A DNA stretch of 64,000 bases from contig NC_057719.1 in assembly GCF_004010195.1 (NCBI RefSeq), forward strand, positions 93,325,946 to 93,389,945, in the 5' to 3' direction. Made by a program: the position numbers and the translations under genes. Shown here piece by piece: positions 37,925 to 49,271 of this stretch. A model generated the notes under the pieces. That model saw nothing but the letters and a program-made list of their open reading frames with translations. It made no database searches and was not told the origin of the DNA. Each line of letters begins with the position of its first letter. Position 1 is the first letter of the stretch. The DNA comes from Chiloscyllium plagiosum (Eukaryota).

Positions 37925-40602
37925 ACCCACCACTCCCCCTCCGCCGCCACCCCCCCCCACACACACACTATAAAACTGAATCATCAATATCCAAAGATGG
38001 CTTTCGTTTTCAAAATCCCTCAGAAATAGTGGTTACTACACTAAAGCACACATATACATTGACTTACTATGAACATGCATAACTGCATCTGGATTCAATG
38101 CGTGGTACTCCCATCATTGAATGCCTCGACTTGTCTTTCAATTCTCGACAGTGCATCGGCAATCATGTTTTCAAGACCTGTCACATGCACAATTTTCGAA
38201 TTGAGTGGTTGTAATTGCAGTCTCTGGCTAAACAGTCCAGCATTTTCATTCTTAAATTTCTTCAAAAAACTTAAATGGGTTTTGATCAGTGTATATGGTT
38301 CTGAGGTGCATTGCTGGTAATATAACCACGGAAATGTTGGAGTGCCAACACGAAGTTCAAAGTCTTTTTCTCAGCTGCTGAATATTTCTACCAAATAACG
38401 TTCACCTGCTGGAGAAACGCCCAATCGGTCTTTCTATCTTCGCATCCTCCTCCTGAAGGACCACAGCACCAATACCCGCATCACTCGTATTTATAGCCAA
38501 TTTGAAAGGCTTTGTGTAATTAGGTGTGGTTGATACTGGGGCAGTGGTAACCACATTTTTCATGCCTTCCAATGCCTTTTGACAGTTCGTTGTCTCCTGA
38601 AACTCCTTGCCTTTCTTTAGCAATTCAGTGAGTGCAGCAGCCACACAGCTAAATTTAAGCACTAACTTTTGATAAAATTCACTCAATCCCGGGAACTGTT
38701 GCAATGCAACTTTTGTCAATGGTATATTCCATGGCACCATTTATCTGTGTCCATGGTCCAGGAAAGTGACTTGTACTTGGGCAAATTCACGTTTAGCTAG
38801 GTTTATGACGAAGCCTGCCTTCCGAAGTTGATCGAACAAGTCTGATAAGTGTTGTAAATATTCCTTCCATGAGTGACTAAAATTCACCAGGTCATCAATA
38901 TACACCACATATTGGATAATCCGGCAAGTTATTGGTCTGTCTTTGCAATGTGGCTGTCATGTATTGCATAACAAATGTAAATTTCTTGTCTCACATTTTC
39001 AACACAGTCTTCCTACTGCAGAAGTGGATATGCATCAGTCTTTGTAACTGCATTAACTTTACGATAGTCCACACATAAACGTTGGGCACGATCTGGCTTT
39101 CGCACCATGGCTATGGGTGAGCTCCACTCACTGTAACTCACTTCGAATATGCTATCTTGCAGTATGTGTTCAATCTCCATCTGAACCGCTGCCAACCTTA
39201 GAGGGCTATGCCGAGAAGGATGTTGTTTAATCGTAACAGCATCTGCTATATCTACATTATGCACAATTAGGTAAGTACTTCCCAGTAAATTTCCGTATAT
39301 GTCCCATGTGATAGTAATAATGCATTCAGACCATTTCGCTTTTTCTCAGGAATGTAACTCAATAATTTATCCCAGTTTTAGACAACTCCCTTATTGTTCA
39401 ATTTAACTTGAGGAATGTCCAATTTAGAATCCTCTGAACTTGGTTCTTCTTTCTTTGTTGTTATCAAAAACACCTTCTCCTCTTTCTTTCCTTCTTTTGA
39501 GGACATTCATATGACACAGTATGTGAGATATCTTTCCGTTTGCAGTCCCTAACAAGTAGTTACCCTCACTCAATTTCCTTTGCATTTGATAATGTCCACA
39601 AAACCTTGCTTTTCAAGGTTCACCTATTACTGGAAGTAGCACTAATACATTATCCCCGATAGCAAAATTGCAAATTTTTGATGTCCTATCCGCTTGCTAT
39701 TTCATTGCAAGCTGCAATACTTTTGAATACTGACGAGCAAACTCCCCAGCGCTATTATTCATTCCCTAAAGTTTGAGACCAAATCCAAATGCGTGGCCGT
39801 TGAATTCAGACTTTCTAATTACTCCTTTAATCAATTTTAACGTTCTTCTGACTTCATTGCCAAAAGCTAACTCAAATGAACTGAAATTGGTCGGTTCGTT
39901 TGATGCATCTCTGATCACAAAAAGCACAAATGGAATTCCCTTACCCTAATCATCAGAATGTCCTAACCATATGCCCTCAACATGCTCTTTAATGTTTGAT
40001 GTCACCTTTCTATTGCTCCCTGCGATTTTGCATGGTACGCTGTATATTTGAATTGCTTTATTGCTAAGCGGTCCTTAACTTCCTTGAATAGTTTGGATGT
40101 GAAGTTTGATCTCCCTGTGTCTCTATTGGTAGTGTGTATCTATATTTTTTTTTAAAAGTCGAGTAGTTCCTCTACAATCGTTTTAGCTGTGATATTGCAT
40201 CGGGGGATGGCCTCTGGAAATCTAGTCGATACATCCATTATTGTTAACTAGTACTGACTCCCACTTTATTGTTTGACGTAGACGACCAAGCCAATCAATT
40301 AAGACTCTTATAAAAGTTTCCTCAAATGTAGGAATAGTTATTAATGATGCAGGTTTTATTCCCACCTGTGATTTTCCAATTACCTGCCATTTATGCCACA
40401 TCTGGCAAACGTCAACTACATGCTGGTACAGTAAAGGTGTGTGCAAATGTCTTTGTATTTCAGCCTGTGTTTTCCTCACTCATAAATGACCTCCAGATGG
40501 TCGCTCATGCGCCATTCCCAACACCTCCTTTCAATAATGCATTGACAATACGATTTGATGCATTAATGCCCATTTCTTATCTCCTTGAATATGTGATAGT
40601 CT

Positions 40603-41608
40603 TCAAAGTTTGTGCGAAGATTTGTAGCTCGGGTGCTCGTTGTTGTGGTTCCGTTTGCCGAGCTGGAAGTTTTTGTTGCAAACGTTTTGTCCCCTGGCTA
40701 GGCGACATCATCAGTGCTTGGGAGCCTCCTGCGAAGCGCTTCTTTGATGTTTCCTTCGGTGTTTATAGTGGTCTGTCCCTGCCGCTTCCGGTTGTCAGTT
40801 TCAGCTGTCCGCTGTAGTGGTTGGTATATTGGGTCCAGGTCGATGTGTTTGTTGATGGAGTTTGTGGATGAATGCCATGCCTCTAGGAATTCCCTGGCTG
40901 TTCTCTGTCTGGCTTGCCCTATGATAGTAGTATTGTCCTAGTCGAATTCATGTTGCTTGTTGTCTGCGTGTGTGGCTACTAAGGATAGCTGGTCGTGTCG
41001 TTTCATGGCTAGTTGATGTTCATGTATGCAGATAGTTAGCTGTCTTCCTGTTTGTCCTATAGAGTGTTTTGTGCAGTCCTTGCATGGCATTTTGTACACT
41101 ACATTCGTCTTGCTCATGTTGGGTACTTCTTAATGATAAATACTGGCAATAAAATAACACAAAGCTACAGTATAGTCACATAAATTTGCTGACATGTACG
41201 ATTAATTAGGTGTTAATTAGATACAGGCTGGCTAACTCCTCATAGTTTAGGACTTGGTCTGTGTGTGTGGCTTTCCTGTATACCTTTGTAGTGAATTCTC
41301 CGTCTGGTGTTCTCTGTACCATCATGTCTAGGAATGGGAGTTGGCTATCCTTTTCTTCTTCTCTCGTGAATCGGATTCCTGTGAGTGTGGCGTTGATGAT
41401 CCGGTGTGTTTTTTTGATTTCCGTGCTTTTAATGATTACAAACGTGTCATCGACATATCTGACCCAGAGTTTCGGTTGAATTTGTGGTAGGACTGTTTGT
41501 TCTAACCTTTGCATAACTGCCTCTGCTATGAGTCCCGAGATTGGTGATCCCATGGGTGTTCCGTTGATTTGTTCGTATATCTGGTTGTTGAATGTGAAGT
41601 GTGTTGTG
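40603..41608 (-). mobile_element. Penelope-like element (Poseidon-type) nested in the Gypsy element, internally deleted
   Basis: MGSPISGLIAEAVM..WVRYVDDTF..LPFLD..VYRKATHTD (ORF 41206-41553); 3' end nearly identical to 23931-24360; hammerhead GAAA mutated to AAAA. Confidence 0.93.
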
Positions 41609-42899
41609 ACACAGTTAACAACATTCAGAATCTCTCATGTCAATGCTTTTTTGCTTTGGCTGCCTAATATTTTCACCTTTCTGCTGTAACTGAATTAGGT
41701 TAGCTGAGCTAAACAATATTGCATGATACCCTGTTTGCTCCTGATTTGTCTCAACTATCTGATGCAATAAAGTGTCTGCTAATGACACTTCAGCTTCCTT
41801 ATCGTTACACTTTTGATCTCTCCTGTTTCAACTGGTGACATTGGGATCTTGTTACTCCACAATCAGGAAAGATTACAGGATAAGACTCCTGCAGTGCTTC
41901 AGTTGCCCGTGTCTCTGCTGGCTTTTCAATCAGTATAGGAAGCAGTTCGACAGGTGAATCAGCTATATACTTCGCAAAGACAAAATGTATTCCTGGAACA
42001 GACAGTGTGTCCAATACTCCAAACATAATTTCTCTACACTCTTCTTGATACTCTGCACTTGCTTTACATAATTTTGCCCTTTCTGTCTCACTGTGAATTT
42101 CCTTTAGCAGTATCTTTTCTGGAAATAGTCCTTCAGGAGTACATATCGCCTCTTCTTTCAGCATCACAGACTGAGAGGATCCTGTGTCCCTGAATATCAC
42201 AGTTTCTTTACCTATTACTCCTGGACTATGTGAATAAACGTTGTAGGTACATTTTATAAGCAGATCCGGCACTTCCTACTTAACCAACCTCCAATAAGCT
42301 TGTGCACTCTGATGCAACTTTCTAGCTTCCACTGTGCTTTCTTTTACCGCTCCAACAAAACACCAAGGCTTATCCTGTTTACATACATCTGTGTGTTTTT
42401 TTTTCCATTGCCCATCAACAGGGTGATTTCATGTGACCTAAGTTTTTGCAATGAAAGCACCGGAGCTTTTCTAATGTCTTTGTCCTCTTCATGGGTTTCC
42501 TTTTTATCCTGTGGTAAGTTGTTCTTATGATCTTCACCAAGATCTACCTTTCCCTTTTCACATGAGGATTCCTCTTTGCCCAATTTCTATTCCTCATGGA
42601 CTGAAATTGATTCTGGAAACCAAACCGTGTTGTACGGATCAATTTATAATCATCAACCACTTCAGCTGCTAACCTTGATATTTTCAGTCTCTGCTCTTCC
42701 AAATGAGTTTGCACTATGTCAGGCAAGAATTTTTGAACTCCTCCAAACTAATTGTCTTTCGACGAGCATCGTAGATTTGCTTGATTTTTAAAGCTTTTAT
42801 CCATCTATCAAAATTACTTTGTTTGATCCTTTCAACCTCAAAATAGTTTGACCAGGATCCCTCCTTTGATTCATTAACCAATTTTTATAGGCTTCTGGC

Positions 42900-43197
42900 T
42901 TACAGGTTATGAGGCCAGAAGGGCAGAAGGAGTGTGAGTGCATCCAATTCCAACAATGACCCCGACTTTCCTAACTCCAGACTGAACCGGCCTGCCCAAC
43001 GAGAGAGCTGGCCACGTCCTCTTGATTATACAAGTTTCTTTTAAAACACTTGAAATTTCTCTGCCTACAGCATTATTGTTATGTATCAACAACAGGACAT
43101 CAATAAACATTTAAGAATTCACACATATTAGTCATTTAGAAACTCTCTAAAAAAATCACGAACTACATAACTTTGTAAAGGGATTAACTTTGTGACA
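42900..43197 (-). repeat. Partial 5' LTR of the Gypsy element
   Basis: Homologous to 37616-37924 (agggcagaagga, gagagctggccacgt, ttagaaactctct, ctttgtgaca); the inner part, PBS and gag start are deleted. Confidence 0.85.
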
Positions 43198-43877
43198 ACA
43201 TGTCACATTTCACTTTGGATTGAATTCAATAAATGTAAGTCTTACTGTTTTGAAGCCAATAAAGTGCATTAAGGTGTTTGTGAATTTATATAAAAATGCT
43301 GAAGGGAATTGTGTGTTGAAGATACAAAATTGTCTTATTAGAGTAATTAAAAGAATTCCCAGGCAAATCCACACTTCCTGTGCATGGTCTGGGCAAATAT
43401 GCCCATTGCAAATCTATTGTTTGGTGCCTGTTATAGTGCGTAGGAAAACGGTAACAACCTCTAGATTGTGTTTTTTGGGGATGGTGGTGGAAGTTTCAGG
43501 TGGTTACAGCGTTGCAAATGAACAACACACCAGAATCATCTAGGCTGTGATAAGAAAACGTCCATCATTCTCCCACATACCCAACTTCTCTCGAGCAACT
43601 GGTGATGAGAGATGTGACCAAGAGCTAGTGATGCCAACATTCAACACCGTCCAGTTGTTATTGTGATCTGAAGGTACCGCACTGAAAGGAGTTAATTGAT
43701 CTGTTTGTTCAGTGGCTGTGATTGATGTCAGTCTCCATGGACTCCACTGCATGGTTTCTTTCTTTTATTAGTAAGGGCCTTCTTGCAATGCGTTATCCCA
43801 CTGTTGGAGCAGATGCATCACCTCCAACACAAATAGGGATCCGCAGCTGCAGAGACGGGAAGAGGAGAGATAAACAT

Positions 43878-44079
43878 ATGAAAATATTTTGGAATATTCC
43901 ATTAATGAATCAGAATCTGAGAACATTTGACTGGGATGCTGAAGCAATGGACAGGAGTTTATCCTCGGGTGTTTTCTATCTTTCGTGGTATTTGTCAACA
44001 TTACCAGATCAGATAGAAGCCGTACTGATGATTATCCAGGCGGGTTACTATCCCATGCTCGCTATTGTTGGTGTTCCTG
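43878..44079 (+). CDS. First coding exon of a GPR139/GPR142-like class A GPCR (N-terminus and most of TM1); start codon uncertain
   Basis: MKIFWNIPLMNQNLRTFDWDAEAMDRSLSSGVFYLSWYLSTLPDQIEAVLMIIQAGYYPMLAIVGVP followed by G|GTAAGT, a consensus phase-1 donor; YYxxLxxxGxP then an intron matches GPR139 exon 1 (YYSLLLCLGLP|AN) as I recall it. Confidence 0.8.
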
Positions 44080-44085
44080 GTAAGT
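44080..44085 (+). promoter_or_regulatory. 5' splice donor GTAAGT
   Basis: cctg|gtaagt, perfect consensus, directly after the TM1 coding motif. Confidence 0.8.
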
Positions 44086-44519
44086 CTCTCCGTCGCTAAC
44101 CATTTATTAATTCCATAAACCATGGTGAACTTCATTGCTATTTCTGTTACCAATATTTGAAAAAGACGGGAACTATTGTCTTCACTTTCAAATACAAAAT
44201 CTATTCATTTCCATAAACTTCCGAACCACGCAACACCCCAGTCCTCACAAACATCTGAGAACTAGACTATTCACAGTCACAAATTAGCGTTTGCCTTGAG
44301 CTGATTTATTTCACGGTATTCTTTCCATCACCAAACATACCCACTACCAGATCGCTAATATTCCCAATCCCCATCTTGACGTCAGTACGGGCCCTAAAGA
44401 AATGATTATCTATGCCTTGGTAAAATTCAGTCTTTATGTTTCCAGTTCTCTTCTAAGCACTCTGTCCATTACAAATATGACCGTCAGAACCTTGTTCTTT
44501 TCTCTAAAATAAATTCAGG

Positions 44520-44900
44520 CAGGGACAGTGTGTTAGAGAAGCAATGTCACTGGATATGTGATTCAGCCGCCCAGGTTACTACACTAAAGACACTGTTTCA
44601 AATCCTCCCTCAGATGATGTCAGAACTTAAATTCAAATGACAGGAATTGGAAATAAAAGCTAATTTCACTAATTTCAACAATAACAGCACCAGCCTTTTG
44701 TCAATACGTTTATCTATTTCACTGATGTTCTTTGGTAAAGAAATCTAGCATTATTACCTTGTCTGGCTTAAGACAGGTGTCAGACTCATAGCAATGAGCT
44801 TGTCTCTTTAGAGCCTGAAAGAATGACCTCAACAGTAAAGGTCATTTAGACAGGTCAAGAAATGCTGCCCTTACCAGCAATGTAGACATCCCATGTAATA
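44520..44900 (+). mobile_element. Ancient SINE (possibly SacSINE1/Deu-domain-like)
   Basis: Decayed tRNA-like head (cagtgtgttag...gtttcaaatcc) and ccttgtctggctta...gactc..agcaatg core; related reverse copies at about 45420-45865 and 30200-30490. Confidence 0.5.
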
Positions 44901-45419
44901 AAAATACTGAAGCTTAAATAAAACAACAAATGATGCAAGAGATCAGAAACAAAAAGAAAAGTCGAGCAACTGCTGCGGAAACTGAGCAGATTTGGCAACC
45001 TTGGGTCGAGGGACAAATCGAATTGACATTTCGATTCCACTGCCCATGCACCATAACTGAACACAACTTGAAAATATTGTGATTGATGATGGTGACAGGG
45101 ATGTCTATTATGAAGGGAAGAAGGAGGGAGTTGAACAGACAAAGAAAGAGAGAGATAAAATAACATCTGTTGTAAAGGTGAGAAGGAGTGATTTGAATAG
45201 ATAGAGGAAGAGAGGGAGAGAGAACAAGAAGCAAACAAAGGGATTGTTGATGGTCAGCTGGAATGGAAATAAAAAACGCGATTAATCTTATTATTTTTCT
45301 TCTGTTCCCTTATTGCTGACAATCATGCCCATGTCGGGTAACACCAAAGTCGCTGTTTAAAGTGAGTTGTGTCTCTTTGTCTCTCTTTCCTGGGTGTATT
45401 CATTTTCTTCCTTTTTTCA

Positions 45420-45865
45420 TTAGTGGGATGCTGGGTCAGTATTTAATTTTTTCCCTCACTGTCCTTGAGAAGGTGTTGCTGAGCTGCCTAACTGACCCAC
45501 TGCAGTCCGTGGGTTATAAATAGTCAGTGCTTAGGCTCGTGTGGTTTCATTTCTTTGAGACTTTGGAGGGAGTGATATCGCTGAGCTTATCCATTTCAAA
45601 GGGCTATTGAGAGTCAAACGCATTGCTGAAGTCACATGTAAGCCCGACCAGCTAAAAGTGTAAGTTTCATTCCCTGAAGGATATGAGAGTGCTAGGTAGT
45701 ATTTTGTGACAATTGACAATGATTTAATAGCTTCATTTGGTTTTATAGAATTCAAATTCCACCATTAGCCATGGTGGGATTCGATTTCGGGGTGGGGATC
45801 AGCACCTGTGTCCCTGAATTAATAAACTGGAAATGATCTCGCAAAGACAGCACCTTCCCATCATC
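45420..45865 (-). mobile_element. Ancient SINE (possibly SacSINE1/Deu-domain-like)
   Basis: Reverse B-box-like ggtgggattcgatttc at about 45775; gagtcaaacgcattgctgaagtcacatgtaagcccgacc core. Confidence 0.55.
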
Positions 45866-46207
45866 CCCAATCATCGCCACTGGCAATAGTCATGTTGTTG
45901 TTGGTGCGGCTGTGACTGAAGCACAGCTGTTCTCGAGGTTAAGCAATGAATTTACAAACCATACCAACCTTCGTAATTTTGTATGTATTAGAAGGTTAGA
46001 GGATCGGATGAGCCATTGGCAAAAATGAGCTGGGTGTCCTTGGTCATGAGTCACTAAAAGACTTCATACCAGGCAGCAAGTAAACAACACAGTAAATTGT
46101 ATACTGTCCTTCATTGAGAGAAAGTGAGGGCTGCAGATGCTGGAGATCAGAGCTGAAAATGTGTTGCTGGAAAAGCGCAGCAGGTCAGGCAGCATCCAAG
46201 GAACAGG

Positions 46208-46246
46208 AGAATCGACGTTTCGGGCATAAGTCCTTCTTCAGGAATG
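46208..46246 (-). ncRNA. Minimal hammerhead ribozyme motif (Neptune-type PLE)
   Basis: Minus strand reads auuc-CUGAAGA-a-GGAC-uuau-GCCC-GAAA-CGUC-gauu (one stem II mismatch). Confidence 0.65.
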
Positions 46247-46323
46247 AGGAAAGTGTGTCCAGCAGGCTAAGATAAAAGGTAGGGAGGAGGGACTTGGGAG
46301 AGGGGCTTTGGAAATGCGATAGG

Positions 46324-46619
46324 NNNNNNNNNNNNNNNNNNNNNNNNNNNNNNNNNNNNNNNNNNNNNNNNNNNNNNNNNNNNNNNNNNNNNNNNNNNNN
46401 NNNNNNNNNNNNNNNNNNNNNNNNNNNNNNNNNNNNNNNNNNNNNNNNNNNNNNNNNNNNNNNNNNNNNNNNNNNNNNNNNNNNNNNNNNNNNNNNNNNN
46501 NNNNNNNNNNNNNNNNNNNNNNNNNNNNNNNNNNNNNNNNNNNNNNNNNNNNNNNNNNNNNNNNNNNNNNNNNNNNNNNNNNNNNNNNNNNNNNNNNNNN
46601 NNNNNNNNNNNNNNNNNNN
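46324..46619. other. Assembly gap (N run)
   Basis: Run of N. Confidence 1.
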
Positions 46620-47251
46620 AAGTTTTGCATTTCTTGCGGTTGCAGGGGAAGGTGCCGGGAGTGGAGGTTGGGTTGGTGGGGGGTGTGGACCTGACGAGGG
46701 AGTCACGGAGGGAGTGGTCTTTTCGGAACGTTGATAGGGGAGGGGAGGGAAATATATCCTTGGTGGTGGGATCCGTTTGGAGGTGGCGGAAATGACGTCC
46801 ATACTGTCCTTCATTGTAAAACTATTCAAGTAAAGGAATGAAGACATCTTCCTGCAGTGCTGGAGTGTTCTTCAGAAAGTACTTGGAGCACTGTGTACAG
46901 ATTATCTCTCCTTTATACGGAACGATCACCTTGCCACAGAAAGACATTGTAAAGGAAATAATCTGTATCACTACAAAAAAAAGGTGGTTGTATTAACTTG
47001 AGGGTTATTGATCAACACTCATTATTTTCAAAACAGAACATTTTTAGCGTTATCTAAAACATGTGTTTTGCTGCAATACATGATTTCAAAATTTGGCAAA
47101 TAAATAGGAAGGAAACGACTAGAAGCACATGGGAAATGTGCAGGGAAATGACATTAGCATGGATGGACAGTTTGGTCAGCATGGACCAGTTTGGGCTGAA
47201 CGACCTGTCTCCGTTCTGTACGACTCTATGGCTCTATGAAACCATACTTAC

Positions 47252-47500
47252 CTGAGTGGAACCTCATGCTGATTGAGAGAGATCTTCAAGATCTGAATGA
47301 ACTCTCACCGGCTGAATGTGCAGTTGGTGTGTGACCCTGCACCGAACGCCATGTTGTTCACAAACCTGTCATCAGCCACACTCTGATAGAGTTCGCCGTT
47401 CCCACGAGCTTCTGACCTCCATACAGAACACTATCCTGTCTTCTCAGAAATGGGAGATGCCTCCTTCAGACTTGGCACAAACCGTCGACTGTTTCTCCTC
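47252..47500 (+). mobile_element. Possible PIF/Harbinger DDE transposase remnant
   Basis: SHRLNVQLVCD (about 47303-47335) resembles Harbinger FHSLNVQ.VCD; downstream SDR...LLTSIQN weakly resembles GDxGY...LMTP.RN. Confidence 0.35.
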
Positions 47501-47819
47501 ACTGTCAGGAAACCATGGTATTGTTAACGTAAAACGAGTGTATCATTAGCATTGGAGCCAGGCGGAACAACATGGAGCAGTCTGTCTGCGCAATCTCTGC
47601 TTCATTGAGTCGTCATGGTGGAGAATCAATGACATCCTCCTTTGTGTTACAGTCTGGATGGGCTGAATGGCCTCTTCTCTTCATGTGCTAGTGATTTGAG
47701 GGGTTGGATGCCCTCCTCCTGGTCCCTAGGGAAAAGGTTCATGTACATTCTTGGGCGACACTTGGTTCCTGCTTACCAGCATGATGTACTGACTAGATTC
47801 TTTATCTTCCTGTGTAATA

Positions 47820-48225
47820 GTAGACAGGTAGCGGGCTGGAAGCACACAGAAAACCAGGCAACATTGAGTTCTCCAATTTCACGTAAACTCCCTTCCAATC
47901 CGCCAACTCCGTTCATCACCCCTTCCCCTCCCTTCCATTCCTATGATCAACCCTTCTTCCAGCTACCAACCGGATTCAGTCCTCCCATCGTCCAACCCAG
48001 TGGTACCCCTCTACCTATGTTCACCCATTCCCACCTCACCATCCTGCCTCCTCGTCTCTCACCCCGCCTCTTCATCTGTAGCTCCCTTACCCCACCGCAA
48101 GTCCTGAAGAATGTTTATCCCTAAGCCGTTAACTTCTCCACCTCCTGATGCTGTCTTGCTTGTTGTGTTCTTCCAGCGTCCAGCCTGTCTACTTTGCATT
48201 TCAACATTTGCAGATTTTTGTTTTC
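47820..48225 (+). mobile_element. PLE 3' fragment with a short inverted copy of its end at the 5' side
   Basis: tagacagg..gctggaagcacacag at the left is complementary to tgtgttcttccagc..cctgtcta at the right; decayed ctgaagaa..taagccgtt hammerhead remnant. Confidence 0.65.
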
Positions 48226-48419
48226 AAAATCTCTTCCTGTTTAATAGGCCAGAGAAAGCAAATGGGCTGTGTCTGTTCTTATCCAATGGTTTCTAGGGGC
48301 TGAAAGGCTTTCTCAAATTCCTGTGAAACCAGATTGAGATGCTGCATGAGCTTCTCTGCTTTTTTTTAACCGTGGAAATGTGCAGGGTCTAGTCGCACTG
48401 TTACATGAATGTAACCGAC

Positions 48420-48780
48420 ACTTTAACAGCATGAGCTTGAATGTTGTCCAGGTTTTGATATTTTAGCACCTGAGGAGGAACACATTGTTCTGAACATTGT
48501 ATAATCTTCACTGAACATCCCCACATCTGATCGTATGACAGAGGGAAAGACATTGATGAAGCAGCTGAAGGTGTTTGTGCCGAGGAAGCTACCCTGAGGA
48601 ATATCCATAGGGATATCCAGGAAATGGAGAGGATTGCTGTCCACCAGCCACAATGTGTTCAGAACGACCGAACCCATGGGGAATTTACACCTGATTCCCA
48701 TTAAGTTCAATCTTGTTCATTCTCCTTGACATCTTTCTCAGTCAATTTCTGCCATGATGTCAGGGCCAGTCACTCTGACA
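48420..48780 (-). mobile_element. LINE RT fragment
   Basis: IPQGSFLGTNTFSCFINVFPSVIRSDVGMFSED (ORF 48423-48710). Confidence 0.8.
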
Positions 48781-49271
48781 CTGTGTTCGTATCTTTTGTT
48801 GATGTCAATAGGTGACGGTGTATGCGTGGGGAGTGTTTCCTTCTCTCAGAGGGTAGTGACTGTTGACGCCTCTCTATCCCAGACAGCTACACAGCTGCAT
48901 CGCTGAAACGTTTTGGGCTCGGGATGATGTTAATGGATTTTGACGCGTCAAGGATTGAGGGCTACAAAGAATCGGGCATGAAAGAGAAATTATGGACGAG
49001 AACAGATCAGCCCTGACCTTATTGAAGGGAAGGGCAGGCCTGAGGGCTTATATAGCCTGGTATTTTTCCAGTGTATGGAATAGTGCAGTTACTTTGTGGC
49101 CTCTTCCAATTCCTGTGTTACTGACTTGAAGTAGCTGAATAGACTGATACTGTTGCTGCATGATCTAAACTGGGTCTAGTTTTATCGACTTGAGGGTCTG
49201 ATTGGCCTCCTCCTGTTACTGTATGTCAATGTCCAGGGGCTGAAAAGCATTATCCTCTACTGGTGTAACTG

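Larger units (their letters stand above)
37296..43197 (-). mobile_element. Decayed Ty3/Gypsy LTR retrotransposon, Gmr1-type domain order (gag-PR-IN-RT-RNase H)
   Basis: Minus strand: gag with SCAN-like helix (42544-42760); protease FRDTGSSQS (about 42170-42196); integrase (about 39850-40510, EETFIRVLID); RT IKQHP..WSSPI..LCVDYRKVN..DAYP (39013-39264) and VVYIDDLV (38885-38908); RNase H KPFKLAINTSDAGIGAV (about 38460-38510); LTR homology at both ends. Confidence 0.93.
46118..46797 (-). mobile_element. Penelope-like element (Neptune-type) 3' portion spanning a gap
   Basis: Reverse reads HFRHLQTDPTTKDIFPSPPLSTFRKDHSLRDSLVRST..PGTFPCNRKKCK, homologous to 59440-59620; well-preserved 3' end at 46118-46250. 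Confidence 0.9.

Noticed and set aside
43283..43296. TATA box for the GPCR gene
   Set aside because: TTTATATAAAA lies about 590 bp upstream of the ATG in AT-rich DNA and cannot be told from chance without transcription-start data.
43722..43877. Upstream extension of the GPCR ORF given in the ORF track
   Set aside because: It starts at a non-ATG codon and has no receptor-like features. It is more likely 5' UTR, though upstream in-frame ATGs cannot be excluded.
46185..46847. Long ORFs at 46.2-46.8 kb and 24.1-24.6 kb
   Set aside because: Artefacts of reading through N gaps within PLE copies.
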